Assembly (NCBI GenBank): GCA_964057225.1 | Contig: CAXKVF010000089.1 | Location: 62,001-126,000, forward strand | DNA length: 64,000 bases | Direction: 5' to 3' | Origin: Auanema rhodensis | Taxonomy: Eukaryota > Animalia > Nematoda | In this document: positions 11,617 through 26,224 of the stretch, piece after piece | Layout of the letters: each line of letters opens with the position of its first letter | Position numbering within the stretch: the stretch's first letter is position 1 | Notes under the pieces: generated by a model | What the model was told of the DNA's origin: nothing | The model's database searches: none | Seen by the model: the letters and a program-made list of their open reading frames with translations, nothing else | Position numbers and translations under genes: made by a program

Positions 11617-14600
11617 TATGGACATGGGGAATCTAATTTTGAAAACCGCATCTCTTTATCTTTCACGTGAAGCGAGTTACATACCAAGTGCACATCACGT
11701 GTACATTTAATTAGCATAAATTAAAGTTCACGTAAATTTCAAAGTCATGGTTACCATGAAGCAATATCAATAAAAATTTGTTTTTAGACTAATATGGACA
11801 TGGGGAATCTAATTTTGAAAACCGCATCTCTTTATCTTTCACGTGAAGCGAGTTACATACCAAGTGCACATCACGTGTACATTTAATTAGCATAAATTAA
11901 AGTTCACGTAAATTTCAAAGTCATGGTTACCATGAACCAATATCAATAAAATTTTGTTTTTAGACTAATATGGACATGGGGAATCTAATTTTGAAAACCG
12001 CATCTCTTTATCTTTCACGTGAAGCGAGTTACATACCAAGTACACATCACGTGTACATTTAATTAGCATAAATTAAAGTTCACGTAAATTTCAAAGTCAT
12101 GGTTACCATGCACCAATATCAATAAAAATTTGTTTTTAGACTAATATGGACATGGGGAATCTAACTTTGAAAACCGCATCTCTTTATCTTTCACGTGAAG
12201 CGAGTTACATACCAAGTGCACATCACGTGTACATTTAATTAGCATAAATTAAAGTTCACGTAAATTTCAAAGTCATGGTTACCATGAACCAATATCAATA
12301 AAAATTTGTTTTTAGACTAATATGGACATGGGGAATCTAATTTTGAAAACCGCATCTCTTTATCTTTCACGTGAAGCGAGTTACATACCAAGTGCACATC
12401 ACGTGTACATTTAATTAGCATAAATTAAAGTTCACGTAAATTTCAAAGTCATGGTTACCATGAAGCAATATCAATAAAAATTTGTTTTTAGACTAATATG
12501 GACATGGGGAATCTAATTTTGAAAACCGCATCTCTTTATCTTTCACGTGAAGGGAGTTACATACCAAGTGCACATCACGTGTACATTTAATTAGCATAAA
12601 TTAAAGTTCACGTAAATTTCAAAGTCATGGTTACCATGAACCAATATCAATAAAAATTTGTTTTTAGACTAATATGGACATGGGGAGTCTAATTTTGAAA
12701 ACCGCATCTCTTTATCTTTCACGTGAAGCGAGTTACATACCAAGTGCACATCACGTGTACATTTAATTAGCATAAATTAAAGTTCACGTAAATTTCAAAG
12801 TCATGGTTACCATGAACCAATATCAATAAAAATTTGTTTTTAGACTAATATGGACATGGGGAATCTAATTTTGAAAACCGCATCTCTTTATCTTTCACGT
12901 GAAGCGAGTTACATACCAAGTGCACATCACGTGTACATTTAATTAGCATAAATTAAAGTTCACGTAAATTTCAAAGTCATGGTTACCATGCACTAATATC
13001 AATAAAAATTTGTTTTTAGACTAATATGGACATGGGGAATCTAATTTTGAAAACCGCATCTCTTTATCTTTCACGTGAAGCGAGTTACATACCAAGTGCA
13101 CATCACGTGTACATTTAATTAGCATAAATTAAAGTTCACGTAAATTTCAAAGTCATGGTTACCATGAACCAATATCAATACAAATTTGTTTTTAGACTAA
13201 TATGGACATGGGGAATCTAATTTTGAAAACCGCATCTCTTTATCTTTCACGTGAAGCGAGTTACATACCAAGTGCACATCACGTGTACATTTAATTAGCA
13301 TAAATTAAAGTTCACGTAAATTTCAAAGTCATGGTTACCATGAACCAATATCAATAAAAATTTGTTTTTAGACTAATATGGACATGGGGAATCTAATTTT
13401 GAAAACCGCATCTCTTTATCTTTCACGTGAAGCGAGTTACATACCAAGTGCACATCACGTGTACATTTAATTAGCATAAATTAAAGTTCACGTAAATTTC
13501 AAAGTCATGGTTACCATGAAGCAATATCAATAAAAATTTGTTTTTAGACTAATATGGACATGGGGAATCTAATTTTGAAAACCGCATCTCTTTATCTTTC
13601 ACGTGAAGCGAGTTACATACCAAGTGCACATCACGTGTACATTTAATTAGCATAAATTAAAGTTCACGTAAATTTCAAAGTCATGGTTACCATGAACCAA
13701 TATCAATAAAATTTTGTTTTTAGACTAATATGGACATGGGGAATCTAATTTTGAAAACCGCATCTCTTTATCTTTCACGTGAAGCGAGTTACATACCAAG
13801 TGCACATCACGTGTACATTTAATTAGCATAAATTAAAGTTCACGTAAATTTCAAAGTCATGGTTACCATGCACCAATATCAATAAAAATTTGTTTTTAGA
13901 CTAATATGGACATGGGGAATCTAACTTTGAAAACCGCATCTCTTTATCTTTCACGTGAAGCGAGTTACATACCAAGTGCACATCACGTGTACATTTAATT
14001 AGCATAAATTAAAGTTCACGTAAATTTCAAAGTCATGGTTACCATGAACCAATATCAATAAAAATTTGTTTTTAGACTAATATGGACATGGGGAATCTAA
14101 TTTTGAAAACCGCATCTCTTTATCTTTCACGTGAAGCGAGTTACATACCAAGTGCACATCACGTGTACATTTAATTAGCATAAATTAAAGTTCACGTAAA
14201 TTTCAAAGTCATGGTTACCATGAAGCAATATCAATAAAAATTTGTTTTTAGACTAATATGGACATGGGGAATCTAATTTTGAAAACCGCATCTCTTTATC
14301 TTTCACGTGAAGGGAGTTACATACCAAGTGCACATCACGTGTACATTTAATTAGCATAAATTAAAGTTCACGTAAATTTCAAAGTCATGGTTACCATGAA
14401 CCAATATCAATAAAAATTTGTTTTTAGACTAATATGGACATGGGGAGTCTAATTTTGAAAACCGCATCTCTTTATCTTTCACGTGAAGCGAGTTACATAC
14501 CAAGTGCACATCACGTGTACATTTAATTAGCATAAATTAAAGTTCACGTAAATTTCAAAGTCATGGTTACCATGAACCAATATCAATAAAAATTTGTTTT

Positions 14601-15312
14601 TAGACTAATATGGACATGGGGAATCTAATTTTGAAAACCGCATCTCTTTATCTTTCACGTGAAGCGAGTTACATACCAAGTGCACATCACGTGTACATTT
14701 AATTAGCATAAATTAAAGTTCACGTAAATTTCAAAGTCATGGTTACCATGCACCAATATCAATAAAAATTTGTTTTTAGACTAATATGGACATGGGGAAT
14801 CTAATTTTGAAAACCGCATCTCTTTATCTTTCACGTGAAGCGAGTTACATACCAAGTGCACATCACGTGTACATTTAATTAGCATAAATTAAAGTTCACG
14901 TAAATTTCAAAGTCATGGTTACCATGAACCAATATCAATACAAATTTGTTTTTAGACTAATATGGACATGGGGAATCTAATTTTGAAAACCGCATCTCTT
15001 TATCTTTCACGTGAAGCGAGTTACATACCAAGTGCACATCACGTGTACATTTAATTAGCATAAATTAAAGTTCACGTAAATTTCAAAGTCATGGTTACCA
15101 TGAACCAATATCAATAAAAATTTGTTTTTAGACTAATATGGACATGGGGAATCTAATTTTGAAAACCGCATCTCTTTATCTTTCACGTGAAGCGAGTTAC
15201 ATACCAAGTGCACATCACGTGTACATTTAATTAGCATAAATTAAAGTTCACGTAAATTTCAAAGTCATGGTTACCATGAAGCAATATCAATAAAAATTTG
15301 TTTTTAGACTAA
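11617..15312 (+). repeat. 10-monomer (1760-bp) higher-order repeat, two tandem copies
   Basis: T160, C21, G57, G15 and C157 recur at +1760 (G15 at 12687/14447). A third copy lies at M91-99 (G15 at 16911). Confidence 0.85.
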
Positions 15313-18300
15313 TATGGACATGGGGAATCTAATTTTGAAAACCGCATCTCTTTATCTTTCACGTGAAGCGAGTTACATACCAAGTGCACATCACGTGTAC
15401 ATTTAATTAGCATAAATTAAAGTTCACGTAAATTTCAAAGTCATGGTTACCATGAACCAATATCAATAAAAATTTGTTTTTAGACTAATATGGACATGGG
15501 GAATCTAATTTTGAAAACCGCATCTCTTTATCTTTCACGTGAAGCGAGTTACATACCAAGTGCACATCACGTGTACATTTAATTAGCATAAATTAAAGTT
15601 CACGTAAATTTCAAAGTCATGGTTACCATGAAGCAATATCAATAAAAATTTGTTTTTAGACTAATATGGACATGGGGAATCTAATTTTGAAAACCGCATC
15701 TCTTTATCTTTCACGTGAAGGGAGTTACATACCAAGTGCACATCACGTGTACATTTAATTAGCATAAATTAAAGTTCACGTAAATTTCAAAGTCATGGTT
15801 ACCATGCACCAATATCAATAAAAATTTGTATTTAGACTAATATGGACATGGGGAATCTAATTTTGAAAACCGCATCTCTTTATCTTTCACGTGAAGCGAG
15901 TTACATACCAAGTGCACATCACGTGTACATTTAATTAGCATAAATTAAAGTTCACGTAAATTTCAAAGTCATGGTTACCATGAAGCAATATCAATAAAAA
16001 TTTGTTTTTAGACTAATATGGACATGGGGAATCTAATTTTGAAAACCGCATCTCTTTATCTTTCACGTGAAGCGAGTTACATACCAAGTGCACATCACGT
16101 GTACATTTAATTAGCATAAATTAAAGTTCACGTAAATTTCAAAGTCATGGTTACCATGAACCAATATCAATAAAATTTTGTTTTTAGACTAATATGGACA
16201 TGGGGAATCTAATTTTGAAAACCGCATCTCTTTATCTTTCACGTGAAGCGAGTTACATACCAAGTGCACATCACGTGTACATTTAATTAGCATAAATTAA
16301 AGTTCACGTAAATTTCAAAGTCATGGTTACCATGCACCAATATCAATAAAAATTTGTTTTTAGACTAATATGGACATGGGGAATCTAACTTTGAAAACCG
16401 CATCTCTTTATCTTTCACGTGAAGCGAGTTACATACCAAGTGCACATCACGTGTACATTTAATTAGCATAAATTAAAGTTCACGTAAATTTCAAAGTCAT
16501 GGTTACCATGAACCAATATCAATAAAAATTTGTTTTTAGACTAATATGGACATGGGGAATCTAATTTTGAAAACCGCATCTCTTTATCTTTCACGTGAAG
16601 CGAGTTACATACCAAGTGCACATCACGTGTACATTTAATTAGCATAAATTAAAGTTCACGTAAATTTCAAAGTCATGGTTACCATGAAGCAATATCAATA
16701 AAAATTTGTTTTTAGACTAATATGGACATGGGGAATCTAATTTTGAAAACCGCATCTCTTTATCTTTCACGTGAAGGGAGTTACATACCAAGTGCACATC
16801 ACGTGTACATTTAATTAGCATAAATTAAAGTTCACGTAAATTTCAAAGTCATGGTTACCATGAACCAATATCAATAAAAATTTGTTTTTAGACTAATATG
16901 GACATGGGGAGTCTAATTTTGAAAACCGCATCTCTTTATCTTTCACGTGAAGCGAGTTACATACCAAGTGCACATCACGTGTACATTTAATTAGCATAAA
17001 TTAAAGTTCACGTAAATTTCAAAGTCATGGTTACCATGAACCAATATCAATAAAAATTTGTTTTTAGACTAATATGGACATGGGGAATCTAATTTTGAAA
17101 ACCGCATCTCTTTATCTTTCACGTGAAGCGAGTTACATACCAAGTGCACATCACGTGTACATTTAATTAGCATAAATTAAAGTTCACGTAAATTTCAAAG
17201 TCATGGTTACCATGCACCAATATCAATAAAAATTTGTTTTTAGACTAATATGGACATGGGGAATCTAATTTTGAAAACCGCATCTCTTTATCTTTCACGT
17301 GAAGCGAGTTACATACCAAGTGCACATCACGTGTACATTTAATTAGCATAAATTAAAGTTCACGTAAATTTCAAAGTCATGGTTACCATGAACCAATATC
17401 AATACAAATTTGTTTTTAGACTAATATGGACATGGGGAATCTAATTTTGAAAACCGCATCTCTTTATCTTTCACGTGAAGCGAGTTACATACCAAGTGCA
17501 CATCACGTGTACATTTAATTAGCATAAATTAAAGTTCACGTAAATTTCAAAGTCATGGTTACCATGCACCAATATCAATAAAAATTTGTTTTTAGACTAA
17601 TATGGACATGGGGAATCTAATTTTGAAAACCGCATCTCTTTATCTTTCACGTGAAGCGAGTTACATACCAAGTGCACATCACGTGTACATTTAATTAGCA
17701 TAAATTAAAGTTCACGTAAATTTCAAAGTCATGGTTACCATGAAGCAATATCAATAAAAATTTGTTTTTAGACTAATATGGACATGGGGAATCTAATTTT
17801 GAAAACCGCATCTCTTTATCTTTCACGTGAAGCGAGTTACATACCAAGTGCACATCACGTGTACATTTAATTAGCATAAATTAAAGTTCACGTAAATTTC
17901 AAAGTCATGGTTACCATGAACCAATATCAATAAAAATTTGTTTTTAGACTAATATGGACATGGGGAATCTAATTTTGAAAACCGCATCTCTTTATCTTTC
18001 ATGTGAAGCGAGTTACATACCAAGTGCACATCACGTGTACATTTAATTAGCATAAATTAAAGTTCACGTAAAATTCAAAGTCATGGTTACTATGCACCAA
18101 TATCAATAAAAATTTGTTTTTAGACTAATATGGACATGGGGAATCTAATTTTAAAAACCGCATCTCTTTATCTTTTACGTGAAGCGAGTTACATACCAAG
18201 TGAACATCACGTGTACATTTAATTAGCATAAATTAAAGTTCACGTAAATTTCAAAGTCATGGTTACCATGAACCAATATCAATAAAAATTTGTTTTTAGA

Positions 18301-19008
18301 CTAATATGGACATGGGGAATCTAATTTTGAAAACCGCATCTCTTTATCTTTCACGTGAAGCGAGTTACATACCAAGTGCACATCACGTGTACATTTAATT
18401 AGCATAAATTAAAGTTCACGTAAATTTCAAAGTCATGGTTACCATGAACCAATATCAATAAAAATTTGTTTTTAGACTAATATGGACATGGGGAATCTAA
18501 TTTTGAAAACCGCATCTCTTTATCTTTCACGTGAAGCGAGTTACATACCAAGTGCACATCACGTGTACATTTAATTAGCATAAATTAAAGTTCACGTAAA
18601 TTTCAAAGTCATGGTTACCATGAACCAATATCAATACAAATTTGTTTTTAGACTAATATGGACATGGGGAATCTAATTTTGAAAACCGCATCTCTTTATC
18701 TTTCACGTGAAGCGAGTTACATACCAAGTGCACATCGCGTGTACATTTAATTAGCATAAATTAAAGTTCACGTAAATTTCAAAGTCATGGTTACCATGCA
18801 CCAATATCAATAAAAATTTGTTTTTAGACTAATATGGACATGGGGAATCTAATTTTGAAAACCGCATCTCTTTATCTTTCACGTGAAGCGAGTTACATAC
18901 CAAGTGCACATCACGTGTACATTTAATTAGCATAAATTAAAGTTCACGTAAATTTCAAAGTCATGGTTACCATGCACCAATATCAATAAAAATTTGTTTT
19001 TAGACTAA

Positions 19009-21824
19009 TATGGACATGGGGAATCTAATTTTGAAAACCGCATCTCTTTATCTTTCACGTGAAGCGAGTTACATACCAAGTGCAAATTACGTGTACATTT
19101 AATTAGCATAAATTAAAGTTCACGTAAAATTCAAAGTCATGGTTACCATGCACCAATATCAATAAAAATTTGTTTTTAGACTAATATGGACATGGGGAAT
19201 CTAATTTTGAAAACCGCATCTCTTTATCTTTCACGTGAAGCGAGTTACATACCAAGTGCACATCACGTGTACATTTAATTAGCATAAATTAAAGTTCACG
19301 TAAATTTCAAAGTCATGGTTACCATGCACCAATATCAATAAAAATTTGTTTTTAGACTAATATGGACATGGGGAATCTAATTTTGAAAACCGCATCTCTT
19401 TATCTTTCACGTGAAGCGAGATACATACCAAGTGCACATCACGTGTACATTTAATTAGCATAAATTAAAGTTCACGTAAAATTCAAAGTCATGGTTACCA
19501 TGCACCAATATCAATAAAAATTTGTTTTTAGACTAATATGGACATGGGGAATCTAATTTTGAAAACCGCATCTCTTTATCTTTCACGTGAAGCGAGTTAC
19601 ATACCAAGTGCACATCACGTGTACATTTAATTAGCATAAATTAAAGTTCACGTAAATTTCAAAGTCATGGTTACCATGAACCAATATCAATAAAAATTTG
19701 TTTTTAGACTAATATGGACATGGGGAATCTAATTTTGAAAACCGCATCTCTTTATCTTTTATGTGAAGCGAGTTACATACCAAGTGCACATCACGTGTAC
19801 ATTTAATTAGCATAAATTAAAGTTCACGTAAATTTCAAAGTCATGGTTACCATGAAGCAATATCAATAAAAATTTGTTTTTAGACTAATATGGACATGGG
19901 GAATCTAATTTTGAAAACCGCATCTCTTTATCTTTCACGTGAAGCGAGTTACATACCAAGTGCACATCACGTGTACATTTAATTAGCATAAATTAAAGTT
20001 CACGTAAATTTCAAAGTCATGGTTACCATGAACCAATATCAATAAAAATTTGTTTTTAGACTAATATGGACATGGGGAATCTAATTTTGAAAACCGCATC
20101 TCTTTATCTTTCACGTGAAGCGAGTTACATACCAAGTGCACATCACGTGTACATTTAATTAGCATAAATTAAAGTTCACGTAAATTTCAAAGTCATGGTT
20201 ACCATGCACCAATATCAATAAAAATTTGTTTTTAGACTAATATGGACATGGGGAATCTAATTTTGAAAACCGCATCTCTTTATCTTTCACGTGAAGCGAG
20301 TTACATACCAAGTGCACATCACGTGTACATTTAATTAGCATAAATTAAAGTTCACGTAAATTTCAAAGTCATGGTTACCATGAACCAATATCAATACAAA
20401 TTTGTTTTTAGACTAATATGGACATGGGGAATCTAATTTTGAAAACCGCATCTCTTTATCTTTCACGTGAAGCGAGTTACATACCAAGTGCAAATTACGT
20501 GTACATTTAATTAGCATAAATTAAAGTTCACGTAAAATTCAAAGTCATGGTTACCATGCACCAATATCAATAAAAATTTGTTTTTAGACTAATATGGACA
20601 TGGGGAATCTAATTTTGAAAACCGCATCTCTTTATCTTTCACGTGAAGCGAGTTACATACCAAGTGCACATCACGTGTACATTTAATTAGCATAAATTAA
20701 AGTTCACGTAAATTTCAAAGTCATGGTTACCATGCACCAATATCAATAAAAATTTGTTTTTAGACTAATATGGACATGGGGAATCTAATTTTGAAAACCG
20801 CATCTCTTTATCTTTCACGTGAAGCGAGATACATACCAAGTGCACATCACGTGTACATTTAATTAGCATAAATTAAAGTTCACGTAAAATTCAAAGTCAT
20901 GGTTACCATGCACCAATATCAATAAAAATTTGTTTTTAGACTAATATGGACATGGGGAATCTAATTTTGAAAACCGCATCTCTTTATCTTTCACGTGAAG
21001 CGAGTTACATACCAAGTGCACATCACGTGTACATTTAATTAGCATAAATTAAAGTTCACGTAAATTTCAAAGTCATGGTTACCATGAACCAATATCAATA
21101 AAAATTTGTTTTTAGACTAATATGGACATGGGGAATCTAATTTTGAAAACCGCATCTCTTTATCTTTTATGTGAAGCGAGTTACATACCAAGTGCACATC
21201 ACGTGTACATTTAATTAGCATAAATTAAAGTTCACGTAAATTTCAAAGTCATGGTTACCATGAAGCAATATCAATAAAAATTTGTTTTTAGACTAATATG
21301 GACATGGGGAATCTAATTTTGAAAACCGCATCTCTTTATCTTTCACGTGAAGCGAGTTACATACCAAGTGCACATCACGTGTACATTTAATTAGCATAAA
21401 TTAAAGTTCACGTAAATTTCAAAGTCATGGTTACCATGAACCAATATCAATAAAAATTTGTTTTTAGACTAATATGGACATGGGGAATCTAATTTTGAAA
21501 ACCGCATCTCTTTATCTTTCACGTGAAGCGAGTTACATACCAAGTGCACATCACGTGTACATTTAATTAGCATAAATTAAAGTTCACGTAAATTTCAAAG
21601 TCATGGTTACCATGCACCAATATCAATAAAAATTTGTTTTTAGACTAATATGGACATGGGGAATCTAATTTTGAAAACCGCATCTCTTTATCTTTCACGT
21701 GAAGCGAGTTACATACCAAGTGCACATCACGTGTACATTTAATTAGCATAAATTAAAGTTCACGTAAATTTCAAAGTCATGGTTACCATGAACCAATATC
21801 AATACAAATTTGTTTTTAGACTAA
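19009..21824 (+). repeat. 8-monomer (1408-bp) tandem duplication
   Basis: M109-116 matches M117-124; A77+T80, A61 (19421/20829), T48+T50 and C157 all recur at +1408. Confidence 0.88.
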
Positions 21825-24800
21825 TATGGACATGGGGAATCTAATTTTGAAAACCGCATCTCTTTATCTTTCACGTGAAGCGAGTTACATACCAAGTGCA
21901 CATCACGTGTACATTTAATTAGCATAAATTAAAGTTCACGTAAATTTCAAAGTCATGGTTACCATGCACCAATATCAATAAAAATTTGTTTTTAGACTAA
22001 TATGGACATGGGGAATCTAATTTTGAAAACCGCATCTCTTTATCTTTCACGTGAAGCGAGTTACATACCAAGTGCACATCACGTGTACATTTAATTAGCA
22101 TAAATTAAAGTTCACGTAAATTTCAAAGTCATGGTTACCATGAAGCAATATCAATAAAAATTTGTTTTTAGACTAATATGGACATGGGGAATCTAATTTT
22201 GAAAACCGCATCTCTTTATCTTTCACGTGAAGCGAGTTACATACCAAGTGCACATCACGTGTACATTTAATTAGCATAAATTAAAGTTCACGTAAATTTC
22301 AAAGTCATGGTTACCATGAACCAATATCAATAAAAATTTGTTTTTAGACTAATATGGACATGGGGAATCTAATTTTGAAAACCGCATCTCTTTATCTTTC
22401 ACGTGAAGCGAGTTACATACCAAGTGCACATCACGTGTACATTTAATTAGCATAAATTAAAGTTCACGTAAAATTCAAAGTCATGGTTACTATGCACCAA
22501 TATCAATAAAAATTTGTTTTTAGACTAATATGGACATGGGGAATCTAATTTTGAAAACCGCATCTCTTTATCTTTTACGTGAAGCGAGTTACATACCAAG
22601 TGCACATCACGTGTACATTTAATTAGCATAAATTAAAGTTCACGTAAATTTCAAAGTCATGGTTACCATGAACCAATATCAATAAAAATTTGTTTTTAGA
22701 CTAATATGGACATGGGGAATCTAATTTTGAAAACCGCATCTCTTTATCTTTCACGTGAAGCGAGTTACATACCAAGTGCACATCACGTGTACATTTAATT
22801 AGCATAAATTAAAGTTCACGTAAATTTCAAAGTCATGGTTACCATGAACCAATATCAATACAAATTTGTTTTTAGACTAATATGGACATGGGGAATCTAA
22901 TTTTGAAAACCGCATCTCTTTATCTTTCACGTGAAGCGAGTTACATACCAAGTGCACATCGCGTGTACATTTAATTAGCATAAATTAAAGTTCACGTAAA
23001 TTTCAAAGTCATGGTTACCATGCACCAATATCAATAAAAATTTGTTTTTAGACTAATATGGACATGGGGAATCTAATTTTGAAAACCGCATCTCTTTATC
23101 TTTCACGTGAAGCGAGTTACATACCAAGTGCACATCACGTGTACATTTAATTAGCATAAATTAAAGTTCACGTAAATTTCAAAGTCATGGTTACCATGCA
23201 CCAATATCAATAAAAATTTGTTTTTAGACTAATATGGACATGGGGAATCTAATTTTGAAAACCGCATCTCTTTATCTTTCACGTGAAGCGAGTTACATAC
23301 CAAGTGCAAATTACGTGTACATTTAATTAGCATAAATTAAAGTTCACGTAAAATTCAAAGTCATGGTTACCATGCACCAATATCAATAAAAATTTGTTTT
23401 TAGACTAATATGGACATGGGGAATCTAATTTTGAAAACCGCATCTCTTTATCTTTCACGTGAAGCGAGTTACATACCAAGTGCACATCACGTGTACATTT
23501 AATTAGCATAAATTAAAGTTCACGTAAATTTCAAAGTCATGGTTACCATGCACCAATATCAATAAAAATTTGTTTTTAGACTAATATGGACATGGGGAAT
23601 CTAATTTTGAAAACCGCATCTCTTTATCTTTCACGTGAAGCGAGATACATACCAAGTGCACATCACGTGTACATTTAATTAGCATAAATTAAAGTTCACG
23701 TAAAATTCAAAGTCATGGTTACCATGCACCAATATCAATAAAAATTTGTTTTTAGACTAATATGGACATGGGGAATCTAATTTTGAAAACCGCATCTCTT
23801 TATCTTTCACGTGAAGCGAGTTACATACCAAGTGCACATCACGTGTACATTTAATTAGCATAAATTAAAGTTCACGTAAATTTCAAAGTCATGGTTACCA
23901 TGAACCAATATCAATAAAAATTTGTTTTTAGACTAATATGGACATGGGGAATCTAATTTTGAAAACCGCATCTCTTTATCTTTTATGTGAAGCGAGTTAC
24001 ATACCAAGTGCACATCACGTGTACATTTAATTAGCATAAATTAAAGTTCACGTAAATTTCAAAGTCATGGTTACCATGAAGCAATATCAATAAAAATTTG
24101 TTTTTAGACTAATATGGACATGGGGAATCTAATTTTGAAAACCGCATCTCTTTATCTTTCACGTGAAGCGAGTTACATACCAAGTGCACATCACGTGTAC
24201 ATTTAATTAGCATAAATTAAAGTTCACGTAAATTTCAAAGTCATGGTTACCATGAACCAATATCAATAAAAATTTGTTTTTAGACTAATATGGACATGGG
24301 GAATCTAATTTTGAAAACCGCATCTCTTTATCTTTCACGTGAAGCGAGTTACATACCAAGTGCACATCACGTGTACATTTAATTAGCATAAATTAAAGTT
24401 CACGTAAATTTCAAAGTCATGGTTACCATGCACCAATATCAATAAAAATTTGTTTTTAGACTAATATGGACATGGGGAATCTAATTTTGAAAACCGCATC
24501 TCTTTATCTTTCACGTGAAGCGAGTTACATACCAAGTGCACATCACGTGTACATTTAATTAGCATAAATTAAAGTTCACGTAAATTTCAAAGTCATGGTT
24601 ACCATGAACCAATATCAATACAAATTTGTTTTTAGACTAATATGGACATGGGGAATCTAATTTTGAAAACCGCATCTCTTTATCTTTCACGTGAAGCGAG
24701 TTACATACCAAGTGCACATCACGTGTACATTTAATTAGCATAAATTAAAGTTCACGTAAATTTCAAAGTCATGGTTACCATGCACCAATATCAATAAAAA

Positions 24801-26224
24801 TTTGTTTTTAGACTAATATGGACATGGGGAATCTAATTTTGAAAACCGCATCTCTTTATCTTTCACGTGAAGCGAGTTACATACCAAGTGCACATCACGT
24901 GTACATTTAATTAGCATAAATTAAAGTTCACGTAAATTTCAAAGTCATGGTTACCATGAAGCAATATCAATAAAAATTTGTTTTTAGACTAATATGGACA
25001 TGGGGAATCTAATTTTGAAAACCGCATCTCTTTATCTTTCACGTGAAGCGAGTTACATACCAAGTGCACATCACGTGTACATTTAATTAGCATAAATTAA
25101 AGTTCACGTAAATTTCAAAGTCATGGTTACCATGAACCAATATCAATAAAAATTTGTTTTTAGACTAATATGGACATGGGGAATCTAATTTTGAAAACCG
25201 CATCTCTTTATCTTTCACGTGAAGCGAGTTACATACCAAGTGCACATCACGTGTACATTTAATTAGCATAAATTAAAGTTCACGTAAAATTCAAAGTCAT
25301 GGTTACTATGCACCAATATCAATAAAAATTTGTTTTTAGACTAATATGGACATGGGGAATCTAATTTTGAAAACCGCATCTCTTTATCTTTTACGTGAAG
25401 CGAGTTACATACCAAGTGCACATCACGTGTACATTTAATTAGCATAAATTAAAGTTCACGTAAATTTCAAAGTCATGGTTACCATGAACCAATATCAATA
25501 AAAATTTGTTTTTAGACTAATATGGACATGGGGAATCTAATTTTGAAAACCGCATCTCTTTATCTTTCACGTGAAGCGAGTTACATACCAAGTGCACATC
25601 ACGTGTACATTTAATTAGCATAAATTAAAGTTCACGTAAATTTCAAAGTCATGGTTACCATGAACCAATATCAATACAAATTTGTTTTTAGACTAATATG
25701 GACATGGGGAATCTAATTTTGAAAACCGCATCTCTTTATCTTTCACGTGAAGCGAGTTACATACCAAGTGCACATCACGTGTACATTTAATTAGCATAAA
25801 TTAAAGTTCACGTAAATTTCAAAGTCATGGTTACCATGCACCAATATCAATAAAAATTTGTTTTTAGACTAATATGGACATGGGGAATCTAATTTTGAAA
25901 ACCGCATCTCTTTATCTTTCACGTGAAGCGAGTGACATACCAAGTGCACATCACGTGTACATTTAATTAGCATAAATTAAAGTTCACGTAAATTTCAAAG
26001 TCATGGTTACCATGCACCAATATCAATAAAAATTTGTTTTTAGACTAATATGGACATGGGGAATCTAATTTTGAAAACCGCATCTCTTTATCTTTCACGT
26101 GAAGCGAGTTACATACCAAGTGCACATTACGTGTACATTTAATTAGCATAAATTAAAGTTCACGTAAAATTCAAAGTCATGGTTACCATGCACCAATATC
26201 AATAAAAATTTGTTTTTAGACTAA
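20417..26224 (+). repeat. 16-monomer (2816-bp) higher-order repeat, about two copies
   Basis: M117-130 matches M133-146; A61 at 20829/23645 and T139 at 22491/25307. Confidence 0.85.

Larger units (their letters stand above)
1..17424 (+). repeat. Variant domain I (M1-99)
   Basis: G120, T160, A166, C21, G23, G57, G15 and the AAA allele at 143-145 are seen only here. Sub-domain Ia (M1-65) has G120/AAA/G23; Ib (M66-99) has G57/G15/C157. Confidence 0.8.
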
